Source: Octopus vulgaris (taxonomy: Eukaryota). Taken from it: 64,000 nt of DNA. Positions 13,965 through 26,240 of the stretch are shown here, piece after piece. Each line of letters begins with the position of its first letter. Positions within the stretch are counted from its first letter, which is position 1. The translations under genes were made by a program, and so were the position numbers. The stretch is from positions 8,370,001 to 8,434,000 of the forward strand of contig OX597822.1 of assembly GCA_951406725.2 (NCBI GenBank), read 5' to 3'. Below the pieces are notes generated by a model that had not been told where the DNA came from, did no database searches, and worked only from the letters and a program-made list of their open reading frames with translations.

Positions 13965-14460
13965 TGTTGTTCAATAAAGCCACCGTCAGCTTCAACAACC
14001 GCTTCTATATGAGACCTAAATCATCTACATGTTCGAAACAAGTGCTCCTGGTTCATTCTGGACATTGCTCTGACAGGAAGCTTTCAAAGAATATTTGGCG
14101 TTATGGGCGTATTCATTGACTTCTCTCTCAACAAAGCGCCACATGTAATAGTCCAATGTGTTGAGATCAGAAGAATTACGAGGCCAAATGTTAGGGGATA
14201 TATGATCATGAAAATCGTCAGCCAGCCATTCCTGTGTTACTAGAGCCATGTGCGATACAGAAGAGTCTTATTGAAACATACGGCCTTCTATTGCATGCAC
14301 TCTCTATCCAGGGATTTAACAATTGTTTCCAGGACATCAATGTAGGCTGCAGAGTTCCCTTGTGGAAAGAAGTAAGGAGGCATCACATGTCCTTCATTGC
14401 TGACAACCCCTAAAACCATGACAGTTGCAGGAAATTTTGTATGCATAACACGTGGAACTT
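13965..14460 (-). pseudogene. Tc1/mariner-superfamily transposase relic, maT (DD37D)-like catalytic half
   Basis: [26 protein letters not shown]...YIDVLETIV...HMALVTQEWL...WPRNSSDLNTLDYYMW...IEAVVEADGGFIE. Frameshifted and truncated at a (TA)n tract. Confidence 0.85.
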
Positions 14461-14466
14461 CATATA

Positions 14467-14508
<42 letters not shown>

Positions 14509-14568
14509 TATGTATATACATATATATATATATATATATATACATATATATGTATATATATATATATG

Positions 14569-14629
<61 letters not shown>

Positions 14630-14635
14630 GTATGT

Positions 14636-14722
<87 letters not shown>

Positions 14723-14775
14723 AACACAAATAAGTAAATATATAAATATACATATATATGTATGTGAGTGTGTGC
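14461..14775. repeat. Long imperfect (TA)n/(TATG)n microsatellite
   Basis: Direct reading. Explains the YIYI ORFs. Many similar tracts occur throughout the window. Confidence 0.95.
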
Positions 14776-16306
14776 ACGTGTACATCTTTGTGCTGCCGGA
14801 AATAGTTAAATGTATTACGGATGTGCGCACATCCTTATACACGCACATATAGACAGAGAGAATAAATAATGCCACAAATGTTGTTATATAGTTGCAATCT
14901 ACGAGTTCATTTTTATCATGTGAAATATGTGAAATATGTGATTATGCATATGATACGTTTGCTGTATATCTCTTATGGATTACCAAACGTGTCACAACTG
15001 GTCCCCATGTGTTTGTGTGTGTTTGTGTGTGTTTGTTTCTGTTTAGCGATATAAACAAATATATTTGGAGAAGCCGAGAATTGTTTTTGTATCGGTTATA
15101 TCGTATATATTATATTCTGGAATTTACATACATATATTTTCTGCAATGACATCAATTCTCGATAGGCGGTATCAAAACCTATGTCCTGTTAAATATAATA
15201 AGCAATTGGGATATGAATATGTAAAAGGTGTATAAATTCCTGTGTATGTGTGTGAATATATGTTTGTGTGTGTGCGAACATATTTCCAAACATAAACACT
15301 TATGCTGCAACATTTCCTGAAGAGAAATGGAAAGATAACAATATGGGTGATGCCTATTTGAAACTATTTACTTCCGATAAAATCTAGAGTTTTCTAATAA
15401 AAGAATCCCTCATCAACTTAGCTAGAGATCGTTCGTTGATATGATATTCAAGTAGTAATTCCCGTAGTTCTTTCCTGCAGGAAATCCATTGGAATCATTT
15501 CAGCCTGGCGCCGCATAGTTTGTAATTATGTTCGGTTTACTTAACCATGTCAAAGCACACTTCAGTACAGTGACAGGTGATACTTTCTCATAGAAGAATA
15601 TTTACACTACATTTTAGAAATTGCTTATATGTTATTCTTGTCACAACTACAACTCGTAATTTTCTTAATTGATTGTGCTAAGAGCAGTATTATTCATTTA
15701 AAAGAGTATCATGTCTGACAAATCGCAAGTTGCACCGTATTTGTCTTTTATTGATGAATCAAGAAATAGCCGAAATAAATTATAAACACATCCATTAATT
15801 AGAACAGTTCTACTAAATGCTTTTCAGCGAACAGCTGATTGACAAGCATCACAAACATTAAAATCACTAGATGCATTTGCATCACTTTCCTTTCATAGTT
15901 ATATATAGAAGTATGTTTAGAAGTGTGAACTGCCCGTATAGCTCATATGCTAATCAAATTCAACAGCTGTTTCGTTAAGACAGACAGAATCAAATATATA
16001 ACATGAAGTGGCACGTCAGTTTAAGAAAAGAGTTGCTTAATCTAACCTAATGGATGTTAAGTTATGATAATGGAAACATTGTGTGTTTTGATATAGCGAG
16101 GGAGAGAGAGAGATAGAGAGAAAAGAGGAAGAAGAAGAAGAAGAAGAAGAAGAAAACGAAAAGAATCGAAATATATCCATGAGTAAATATTATACAGATA
16201 TTTACGTATACACAAACACACACACATGAATATATATGTATACGTACATAGATGCACACAAAATATGCATAAGTATATATGTACACACACACACATATAT
16301 ATAAGT

Positions 16307-16351
<45 letters not shown>

Positions 16352-16370
16352 TATAAGTACACACACACAC

Positions 16371-16438
<68 letters not shown>

Positions 16439-17324
16439 GAAATACGCCCTGATCCATACATATATGTGTGTGTATGTGTGTCTATAGACATTCTTATAAA
16501 CCCAGACACAGAGCTAAACATAGTCTTATGTATTGATGCGAGTCAAAAGTTTTGCAATATATTTGTGTCATGTATATCACGTGACCAAAGAAGTTCAAAC
16601 CGTGGAAAGTACTCGCTATCATTGGTCGTATCGTGGAATCTGCTGCATTCAAACTTTTTACATTGCAGTTTTGATTAAAAAAGCACTGCGCTATTAGACT
16701 TCAAAATTTCCCTTATATAGGTCGTAGTAGACGAGCGCCTACTATAGAGAATCTCTTAAGATTAATAAGCTAGTATTCGGTGTTCTAACCAAGTATCCTT
16801 ATTACTTTGAATATAGTTATAACCATTTGGTCGCTAATATATATTTTTTAATAAGCTTGCCGGCTATTTGTGACTTTAGTTTATGAAAAGTTGCTGAAGT
16901 TCTATGACAGGCATACGGTGAGGGGTGCATCTCACTGAGAAGGCCCAATAAACCGAAATCCTGTGATATGGGAAATCTGACGCCCATGATGGACGATTGT
17001 CCTCTGCTACGATTTAGATGTGTGCGTTTATACATTAAGCCCCGATGTGAGAGGATCTCTCAAAGCTGTTAACGCAGTATTCGGTGTTCTAACATTGCTT
17101 CCATGTTATATTTGCTATAAAGATAAACGTATCTGAGTGCACAAAAGTTTCTGCGTTTGCATTTGTTAGTATAGTTATTTATACGTGATTTATATGTGGG
17201 GATTTAGGGAAACAAAGCAGAAACGAAACATCTAGCAAGAAATAAAATAATCTCTCTTTCTATTTCTTACACTTATTTTGTTAATTAAAATATACGCTCC
17301 AATATTGAAATTCCTGGATATGTG

Positions 17325-17360
<36 letters not shown>

Positions 17361-17387
17361 AACAGGCAGGCAGGCAGGCAGAGAGGC

Positions 17388-17501
<114 letters not shown>

Positions 17502-17552
17502 GATCGATAGAATCTGTGTATGAAAATGAAAATAAATACGTATATATGATGC

Positions 17553-18189
17553 TAAGTCCCCAAACTGGTAGACCTCGTAAAACTCGTGCAAGTCAGGATC
17601 GCATGATGGTTAGAATGTCACTGAAGGATAGGTTCAAAAGTGCTGCTGAGATATCCCGTCAGTTTAGCTCCACTTCCTATGTCAACGTATCGTCCAAAAC
17701 AGATTTTCGGGGGTTACGATGTTTTGAGTTGCTTGCTCGGGTACCAGCAAAGAAACCTCTAACCTCCATGAAGAATGAAAGAGCCTGTCCCCGTTTCGCT
17801 CACGAACATGTCATTTGGTCAGGAGAACAGTGGTTGCAGGTTGATTTTAGCTATGAATCGAAGTTCAATACGATTGGTTCCGACGGCGGGATGTCCGTCC
17901 AACAAAGAAGTGGCCAAAGGCTATTTCGTGAATGTGTGAAGAAAGTATGAAATATGGAGGAGGCTGTGTAATGATACGGAGAGTGATATCTACTGCTGGT
18001 CCTGGTTCATTTATTCGCCTACAAGGGACTGTCAATTCTGAAATCAACGAGCAGATTCTTAGGTGGCACATCCTTTTACATCTTCTACCTGGTCATTTGA
18101 ATCGATTATCTTCGTGCAGGACAACTCTCCTCGTCACACTGCAAAGAAAGCTAAAGTTTTTGGGCTTGATCTCATGGACTGCCACCTTA
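17553..18189 (+). pseudogene. Tc1-family transposase relic (frameshifted, C-terminally deleted)
   Basis: TGRPRKT...DR.MVR...KDRFKSAAEI...ARVPAKKPL...RFAHEH..W...W..V.FS.ESKFN..GSDG; KYGGGCVM; FVQDNSPRHTAK. Bounded by (GATA)n and (TA)n. Confidence 0.9.
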
Positions 18190-18475
18190 TATATATATAT
18201 ATATATATATCTACACACACACACACCTATATATACATATATATATATATATACACACATATAAAAATATTTAATCAACGAGTGTTGCAGTTTCATGGAT
18301 TTCAAAAGCAGTATATATAGTGATGAATCTAAAGTTGTATTTGTCTCGACAACGCATTTTAATGAATATGCAGTATAGAAAATATGTGTTGTTGTATTTT
18401 CTATTTTCTAATTGCAGTCAGGGAAATAAGTTTGAATTTTAAAACATACGTCAAACGTCAAATTTGTTGCTGTCA

Positions 18476-18513
<38 letters not shown>

Positions 18514-19084
18514 TGTGTTTGTGTGTTTGTGTGCGTGCGTGCGTGGGGCGGGAGTTGTAGGTCATTGCAATTACTTGTGGAATTATAATTGTTACCTTCG
18601 TTGCTTACTTTAATGGGCCTTAATGGTTCAGTTAAGTATGTCATGAAAAGTAATTTGATAGATGTATCCGAATTTAGAATTTCTGTTGTTTAGAAAGTAT
18701 TTCACATTTGTAAAACAATGAGTTGACGTCTCAAATGCTATTTACAGATTTTCTAGATATGTGTTCAGATGATTTTAATAAACATATTCCCTTTCAATGT
18801 CCGAATTTCAACTTTGTTTTGTTGAATAAAAGGTAACCTAGAAAGATTAAAGCTTTATAGATTCGTTAATTGTTTACAGGTCTTAATTATAAGACTCTCT
18901 ATCTTTTAGCTGTTGAAAATACATCTGGATTTCGAAGAAATTTTTGCCCTATGTAATTTTCATTACAAGTATTACCTTTAAAAGCATAAATTACGAATAG
19001 ACGACGGAGCTGACAGAAAATGTGTAGGTCAGAGAATATTGGTTTCACATTTTGGGACAAAACTAGGGCTTTTACGGAAGGGAT

Positions 19085-19250
19085 GTTGTTGAGTATATCG
19101 ACCCCAGTGATTAATTGGTACTTGATTTACCAACACTGAAGGGGTGAGGGCCAAATTCGACCTCCCCGGAACCTGAAATCAGAACGTAAAGACGGAAGAA
19201 TTGCCGCCAAGCAATCTCAGAGCGTGATAACGATTCTGCTGGCTCGCCGT
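19085..19250 (-). mobile_element. SINE family B, diverged partial copy
   Basis: ATATCGACCCCAGTG...TCGACCTCCCCGGAACCTGAAATCAGAACGTAAAGACGG...TCTGCTGGCTCGCCG. Confidence 0.7.
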
Positions 19251-19531
19251 CTAAAGACGGTTAGAAAATATTGGTATCATGTTTTGTCTAAACTTTATTC
19301 TTGCTTTCGGCATATATCCGAGAAAATAGGAACCAATGGAAGTAATTCTTCTAGAAAGTAACTTATTTCCCAAAACCTCAAACAGGCACGAGACTGGTAT
19401 TAGAATTTTTGGTCGATAACTGAGGAAAGATTAAGGTCCTTGTGTCTGTCCCACGTGTACGTTTTGTAGTATTTAATGCATTTTTCATTTAAGGAATAAC
19501 CGAATGCCACACATCACAACTTTTATTTCGA

Positions 19532-19570
<39 letters not shown>

Positions 19571-19573
<3 letters not shown>

Positions 19574-19959
19574 GAAATATTAAAATTACTAAGTCTCTCT
19601 AAAAGAGAACACGGCAGCGTTCCTGGAAATTAATAGTTATCGCCATACTAATATGGCATTCTTATAAAAATAAGAATAAAGCTGTCCGCTTATTAGCTCC
19701 ATGAGGCCATCGCCTTAAGTTAGCTATTTGATACACAAACTGTATCCATATAACCTTTGAACAAGGGAGGTCAGTCGCTCCACACTACTTGATCGACAGC
19801 TACAGACGCGTTTCGGGGTATTGCCCCTTGTCAATGTAGCGTAGGTTATATGGATACAGTTTGTGTATCAAATAGCTAACTTAAGGTGATGGCCTCATGG
19901 AGCTAATAAGCGGACAGCTTTATTCTTATTTTTATAAGAATGCCATATTTGTATGCCGA

Positions 19960-19966
<7 letters not shown>
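19571..19966 (-). mobile_element. PLE-type fold-back mini-element between (TA)n tracts (124-bp inverted arms, HHR in the loop)
   Basis: Arms 19633-19756 and 19843-19966 are near-perfect reverse complements. A unique extension lies at 19571-19632. (TA)n on both sides. Confidence 0.75.
19799..19840 (-). ncRNA. Minimal type-I hammerhead ribozyme, U3-A8 core variant
   Basis: Minus strand GCUACA-UUGACAA-GGGG caaua CCCC-GAAA-CGCG-UC-UGUAGC: perfect 6-bp stem I, 4-bp stem II, palindromic stem III (ACGCGU), GUC cleavage triplet. Confidence 0.8.
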
Positions 19967-20016
<50 letters not shown>

Positions 20017-20130
20017 ATATTTCGGAATGGTCATATTGCCAGTTTAGCCAATAAAAACACACGCACTATATATTTGGTGTTATTTTGCTTCAGTGATATT
20101 TATTTTTTACATTAATCTTAATCTTATTTC

Positions 20131-20175
20131 GGCCAAAATTCTTTCGTCACACTCCTGTGACCGCATCAGTGGTCC
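20131..20175 (-). ncRNA. Atypical minimal hammerhead-like motif in the pLTR (sense copy)
   Basis: GGACCA-CUGAUGC-G-GUCACA ggag UGUGAC-GAAA-GAAU-UU-UGGCC. A9 is replaced by C, there is an extra G before stem II, and stem I has a bulge. Confidence 0.6.
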
Positions 20176-20651
20176 TTTGTTTTCTTCTCACTTACTTGTG
20201 TCTCTCCTTACTAACCGTCAGCCATTTTGTATTTCTATTGTATGTCTTCATTTGCGCATGCTTATATCTCTATGTGCGTCTATGTTTATTTAGTGTGTGT
20301 GTGGGGGGATGCCTGTAATATTTGTATCTTCTGGTTATATACATTCTTGTAATTTGTATTTTGTTTTTGTTGTTGTTGCTTTTGTTCTAATTTTGTTCAT
20401 GTGTTTACATCCACCCATTATTATCATTACATATCCTTGTATGTATGTATAACAACAATATTAGTAATAATAATAATAAATCTAATCGAAAAAAAAAAAA
20501 AAGAATATACATATACATATATATATATACATACATATACATATACATATACATATATATACATATATACACATATATATACACATATAGATATTCATTT
20601 CTATTTCTTTAATTACCTGTGTATTTATTATGTTTGCAGGATCCACTATTG

Positions 20652-20848
20652 TCATATGTTGTGGTGTGCGCTATTGCTCCATTCTAGTTTTCTATTCAGG
20701 CTAGGTTTATTTTCTATTATATGTGTAGCTTCTGTAATTTGTCTAATTGTTGCATCTGTTCTATGTGTGGACAATATCTTAATCTCTATGTTATTGATTG
20801 ATCCCCCGTGTTCTTGTTCGGCGTGTTGGTACAGAATCGATGAGCTTT
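20652..20848 (-). pseudogene. C-terminal end of a PLE GIY-YIG endonuclease
   Basis: SSILYQHAEQEHGG...IKILSTHRTDATIRQITEATHIIENKPSLNRKLEW: the H...H, R...EA..I and LN motifs of PLE endonucleases. Confidence 0.8.
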
Positions 20849-21009
20849 TAACCAGAAGATACAAATATTACAGGCATCCCCCACACACACACTAAATAAA
20901 CATAGACGCACATAGAGATATAAGCATGCGCAAATGAAGACATACAATAGAAATACAAAATGGCTGACGGTTAGTAAGGAGAGACACAAGTAAGTGAGAA
21001 GAAAACAAA

Positions 21010-21054
21010 GGACCACTGATGCGGTCACAGGAGTGTGACGAAAGAACTTTGGCC
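21010..21054 (+). ncRNA. Atypical minimal hammerhead-like motif in the inverted pLTR copy
   Basis: GGACCA-CUGAUGC-G-GUCACA ggag UGUGAC-GAAA-GAAC-UU-UGGCC. Here 15.2-16.2 is G-C, versus G-U in the 20131 copy. Confidence 0.6.
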
Positions 21055-22235
21055 GAAATAAGATTAAGATTAATGTAAAAAATAAATGTCACTGAAGCAA
21101 AATAACACCAAATATATAGTGCGTGTGTTTTTATTGGCTAAACTGGCAAAATGACCATTCCGAAATATAACAATATCTGTTTCAACACACGACTTCACAT
21201 AAAAAATCTTGCACAACAAATATTTAAACGTATATATATATATATATATATATATCTATATATCTATATATATGCAACAAGTAATGTTCGTAGCCATTTC
21301 AATATGGGTGCACCTTCGAATGGTCTTCACTGCAATGTTTTAACCCCATGGGAACATCTCCTCTAGCTGGTTAACGATACACAGCTGCATCCGAAATATT
21401 GCGAGCACCTTCTCGCAACGGGACTAGCATATCATTACTTCTATTCAATTATGGGCAACTTGCTTGCTGGATGTAGCAGTAGCTTGCTCGTGCTCGCAAT
21501 ATATATAATTTCATGTTGATTTTGATACAGTCGCTAATTTTGCATCACGTAAAATTGCTGGTTCTAGAAACTCTCTAAGAGCTCAACGCAATAGTTTTAC
21601 TAACAAGTAGTGTTCGAAGCCATTTCAACATGATTGTCTGTGTGAGCGGACTTTGCCGCGATTTTGTAAACCAAAGAGGACATCTCCTCTAGCTGGTTAA
21701 TGATGTACAGCTGCCACGTGTGCTACACCATTTGCACCATGTGGAGAATATACCATAAGCATTGCCCTGTAGCAATGTTTTGAGTTTCTGCTTGGAAATG
21801 ACTGGGAAGTGTCCCCTATCTGTTGTTGAGTTACAAACGTCATTGTTATTCTTTTTGATATCATTTTGCCACGAATCACAGAAGCGAAACTAATTTCAAC
21901 ATCGCCCCATTTCATTCGCCAATTTGACACATGAATCTAAACATGAATTTAAACTACTCACGAAAATCATTCTAAACACGGAAGAATTATGTTTCTGTGA
22001 TTGTTGCTGTTGTTGCTCTTAAGAAGTGGGCGAGTTCGCAGAATCATTTTCACGCCACACAAAAATGCAAGGCGGAATTTCGTCCGTCTGTATGTTCTGA
22101 GTTCGAATACCGCCACAATCGACGTTGTCTCTTACATTATTTTTGGCGGTAAAATATGTAGCAGTTGAACACTAGGGTCAACTTTATCTTTTATATTTTT
22201 AGGGTAGGTATTTTTACGGCTGCGACTATCGATAT

Positions 22236-22894
22236 TATTGCTACAAACTCCATAATCAGGAATCTTGCCCAGTAACATGCCTACAACATATCCCTGACCA
22301 ACAATCTACTGACATCCACCATAGAGAAGCTTTCTTTGTATGTGTCGACCACTACCTCCATCTCAGTACCAGTTAAGCAGTGGAGCCGAGGTAATACACA
22401 CATACCACCACCGCGCCGGAAAATTGCTTAGAAACACTTCGTACGGCCTTACGATCTGAGTTTAAATTTCGCAGAATAGCAGATTTTTTGAAAAACAGAT
22501 AAGCAAAACAATTTTAAATGGAACTAAATCAGAATTGAAAAGAGTCCCATCTTGTTATATATAATAAAATACTTCGAGAGTCTCCATTTCATAATTACTA
22601 GAATTTAGGAGCAGCAACAACGAAAGCAGTATCTTTTAGTTTGGATGGCCATGGCCATATGGCTGCTCATCATGTCACTTCCAGCTAAACACAATCGTTT
22701 CATTTCTCGTTTTCTGTAACAATTCTCATGGCAAAAGAACAAAATTATCCATCAGCATTATTGTCCCCAGTCATCTATTGCTACAAACTTCATAATCAAG
22801 AATCTTGCCCAGTAACATGCCTACAGCAATCTACACCCACCCACCATAGAAAAGCTTTCTTTGTGTGTTTCGACCACTACCTCCATCTCAGTAC
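22236..22894 (+). repeat. Diverged ~120-135-bp direct repeat pair
   Basis: TATTGCTACAAACT.CATAATCA.GAATCTTGCCCAGTAACATGCCTACA...CGACCACTACCTCCATCTCAGTAC at 22236-22369 and 22776-22894. Confidence 0.85.
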
Positions 22895-23489
22895 ACGAAG
22901 TGCTCCTTATATTGTCATTAAACATCACCGATGACAATTGCTTGAAACGGCTGAAAGAAACTGCTTTAGCGGCGACAGTCATGTTAAATACTCAGGAATC
23001 AGTCCCTCTATAAATGCACAAATATGGAAGATTCATTCGCTTGAGAGCAGGATTTCCGGGCAGTCAAATCTACAAACATTCATCACGCTACGCGAGATTC
23101 ATCTCAAAAGCATTCAATCAGAAAATGGCTATGACATCCGAATGCGTTGCTATTTTCTACCAGATGTCTCTCTCCGCAAATGTAAATGACGTGGTTCGAC
23201 TTGTCAGTGAGTCAGTGTCCGCATCATATATAACAAAGTCAATAATTTGACAGTAACGTAGCTCCATAGATCACCTCCAGAAAAAATAAACTTTCTTTTC
23301 AACAATGCAACTCTAGCATTATTTTACTGACACGCGTTTAAACTACTACGAATAGCAGTAACTAAGGTAGTGTAATTAAAGTAACAGTAATTAAAGTAAT
23401 TAAACTACTGCCAATTGTAGCAATTAAAGTAGAATCGAAGCAAAAAGAAACTTCTCTTCAATTACCAGACGTCCCCAATCATTTATTCC

Positions 23490-23890
23490 TTAACTTTTGC
23501 TTTTTGCAGACATTACACTGCGGCCATACTGGAGCACCACCATAAAGAATTTTTAGTCGAATAAACTGACACCTAGTACTTATATTTTCTTAATCCTAGA
23601 ATTTATTATGTCGGTTTCTTTTGCAGAAGCGCTATGGTACGGAGACGTCAACACACCAACACCGGTTGTCAATTGGTGGTGATGGTGGGGGGCAAATACA
23701 GACAGGATCACACACACGCACGTATATCTACGACGGGTTTTCAGTTTCCGTCTACCAAATCCACTAACAAGGCTTTGCTCGGCCCGAGGCTACCGTGGGA
23801 GACACTTGCCCAAGTATCCACGGAGAGGAATTGAACCTGGATCCATGTGATTTGGAAGCAAGTTTCTTACCACACGACCATGCCTGCGCC
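23490..23890 (-). mobile_element. SINE family A, diverged
   Basis: CTGCGGCCATACTGGAGCACC...TTTCAGTTTCCGTCTACCAAATCCACT...ACACTTGCCCAAG...CCTGCGCC. Confidence 0.85.
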
Positions 23891-24707
23891 TAATTGAAAT
23901 AAAACAACGAAGAGTCGCTGAGGAAGACCGGACAATTTGAAAGTTAGGCGCAATATCAAATCGCCTTTCTTATGCAAAATAACACACGACTATTTTATCG
24001 ATCGGCTAACTAATCGATAACCAGAACATCCTTCAAAACTATGCCAAAGATATGGTGGAGATTCTATAGAAACCATACTGGTCTGCGTTGATTGTCTGTT
24101 AGAACTTTAAACGTTCGTGCCTTCTATGCACTTAATGTTAATATTTAGCAAACAATCACCTATACGAGGCAGCCCAGGTTGTGTGAAACCAGTAGGTGTA
24201 TATAAAGCTAGAAGAATATTTGTATGATAAAGAGTCATAGATCATTAAAATCAAAGATTGACTTATAAATATCAATTCATTTATGAAATTATATTAATTT
24301 ATAAGCCATTTACGTTTAATAGCAGTGAAATCCTCTTAATTATGATAAAACTATTCAATAAATTTTGTTCTAGTGTCCAACTGTTTCAATCAAAATTACT
24401 GCTCAGAGAATAGCATAACTTATAGAATTGTAATTATCTGGAAAACGTAGACACAGACACAAACACATCACACACACACACACACACACACATGCATACA
24501 CATGTACATACACACGTACACATACATACATACATATGATCATATTTATTTTCTTTGTTTCAGTCATTACACTGTGGCCAAGAATAGACGGTGTCTTTTA
24601 TTTAATTGACAGTTTTCAGGGATGGAAACGTAAACTCACCATCACCGGTTGCCAAGCGCTAGTAGAGACAAACACAGGCATAAAAATCACACGCATACAT
24701 GTAAATG

Positions 24708-24738
<31 letters not shown>

Positions 24739-24788
24739 ATGTATGTATGTATGTATGTGTGTGTGTGTATGTATTTACAAACATGTAA

Positions 24789-24889
<101 letters not shown>

Positions 24890-24896
24890 TATGTAC

Positions 24897-25208
24897 GTGG
24901 AGGCGCAATAGCACAGTGGTTAGGGTAGTGGACTCGCGGTTGTAGGTTCGCAGTTTCGATTCCTAGACCGGGCGTTGTGAGTGTTTATTGAGCGAAAACA
25001 CCTAAAGCTTCACGAGGCTCCGGCAGGGGGGAGGGGGCGATCCCTGCTGTACTCTTTCGCCACAACTTTCTCTCACTCATTCTTCTGTTGGCCTGCTCGC
25101 TTAGCCAGAGGGGTGGCGTCATATGAAGGCTAAAGCAATGCGAAGCACATTGTGACCAGCGATGTGTAGCAACATCTGATAGTCTGGTCGGTTACGGTTA
25201 CGGTGATA
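24897..25208 (+). mobile_element. tRNA-derived SINE (head type C) with an RTE-LINE-like 3' tail
   Basis: A box GCACAGTGGTTAGGG, B box GTTTCGATTCC. The tail TGTGACCAGCG..CTGA...CTGGTCGGT..GTGAT aligns to the 3' end of the RTE at 40187-40238. Confidence 0.8.
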
Positions 25209-25216
25209 TATGTATG

Positions 25217-25250
<34 letters not shown>

Positions 25251-25689
25251 TGTATGTATGTATGTGCGTGTGTATGAAGATGAGTGTGTGTGTTTGTATG
25301 CGTGTATGTATGTGTGTGTATATGTGTGCGCAAGCCTGTTAGTGTAACTTCACAGTCATTTCAGAATTTCATCTTCATCTTATATTTTCCAAAGATTCCA
25401 ATCCTAAGTTATGAGATTGACGGTGATATTAACGGGAACTGTTCTTGCTGTGACAGTCCTCTCGTTGACATATCACGATTTATAGTATTTTATACATCAT
25501 ATATTTAAACCAAAAGTATTGTATAGATTCAGTAAACATGTTAGCATAAAATTGAAGAAATAAACAATATTCCCAGTCGCTTTCTAAAGGAAATATTTCC
25601 GCTCATGGATGGTGGTATTTCGACGTACTTATCTACTAAATGATTTTCGGTTTACGCACAAATATATTTCCACTTTGGGTTTTGGTTAT

Positions 25690-26240
25690 GTTCTTCTTAG
25701 GAATGTTCAAAGCAGGATATGATGATTTTTCTTTAGTCTCATGACGTAACAAACGTGCTTCAGCGCATGACAAACGATCATCTTGTAGGGGTGGGTCCTG
25801 AGTTCATCCTCCAGCACGCGATACATCGGCTTACTGCTGCTGAAGCAGCCAATTTTCTGACGAGGAAACGGGGATCTCGCCGTATTTTTCCTCTGGCAAT
25901 TTTAATAAACTTACGGTGCACACACTTCTTTCTCGACAAGTTCAGGCGGACAGTGGTGGAACCAGTCTCTTGAAATTTCTTCATAATTTTCTAGAATGTT
26001 GTCCGGTTAATTTTAAGCTTTTTCTCTATGACTGTATTAATTTCGCCTCTTTTGTGGCTGGTTATGATTGTAATTCGGCCTATAGTCATTATCTGATTTA
26101 TGAATATGAATTTATTTAGTCTGAAACAAAAAGAAGGCAGACTAAGATTTTATAATGATGTATAATTTTCATATCTTATCACATTTATTAATAGTTATTA
26201 AAGTTCGAAACTCGGTTGCCTTTATTTCAAGACACCTTTT
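25690..26240 (-). pseudogene. Tc1/mariner-superfamily (maT-like) transposase N-terminal HTH relic
   Basis: MKKFQETGST...SRKKCVHRKFIKIARGKIRRDPRFLVRKLAASAAVSR. Multiple frameshifts. Confidence 0.6.

Larger units (their letters stand above)
20009..21230 (-). mobile_element. 5'-truncated Penelope-like element with inverted pseudo-LTRs
   Basis: ~328-bp inverted repeats at 20009-20337 and 20849-21176 differ at only a few positions. They enclose a GIY-YIG C-terminus on the minus strand. Flanked by (TA)n. Confidence 0.85.

Noticed and set aside
22920-22975. Further hammerhead candidates (CCGATGA at 22928; also 4610-4645, 39990-40090, 47380-47410, 61700-61745)
   Set aside because: The core is incomplete or stems I and II cannot be formed convincingly.
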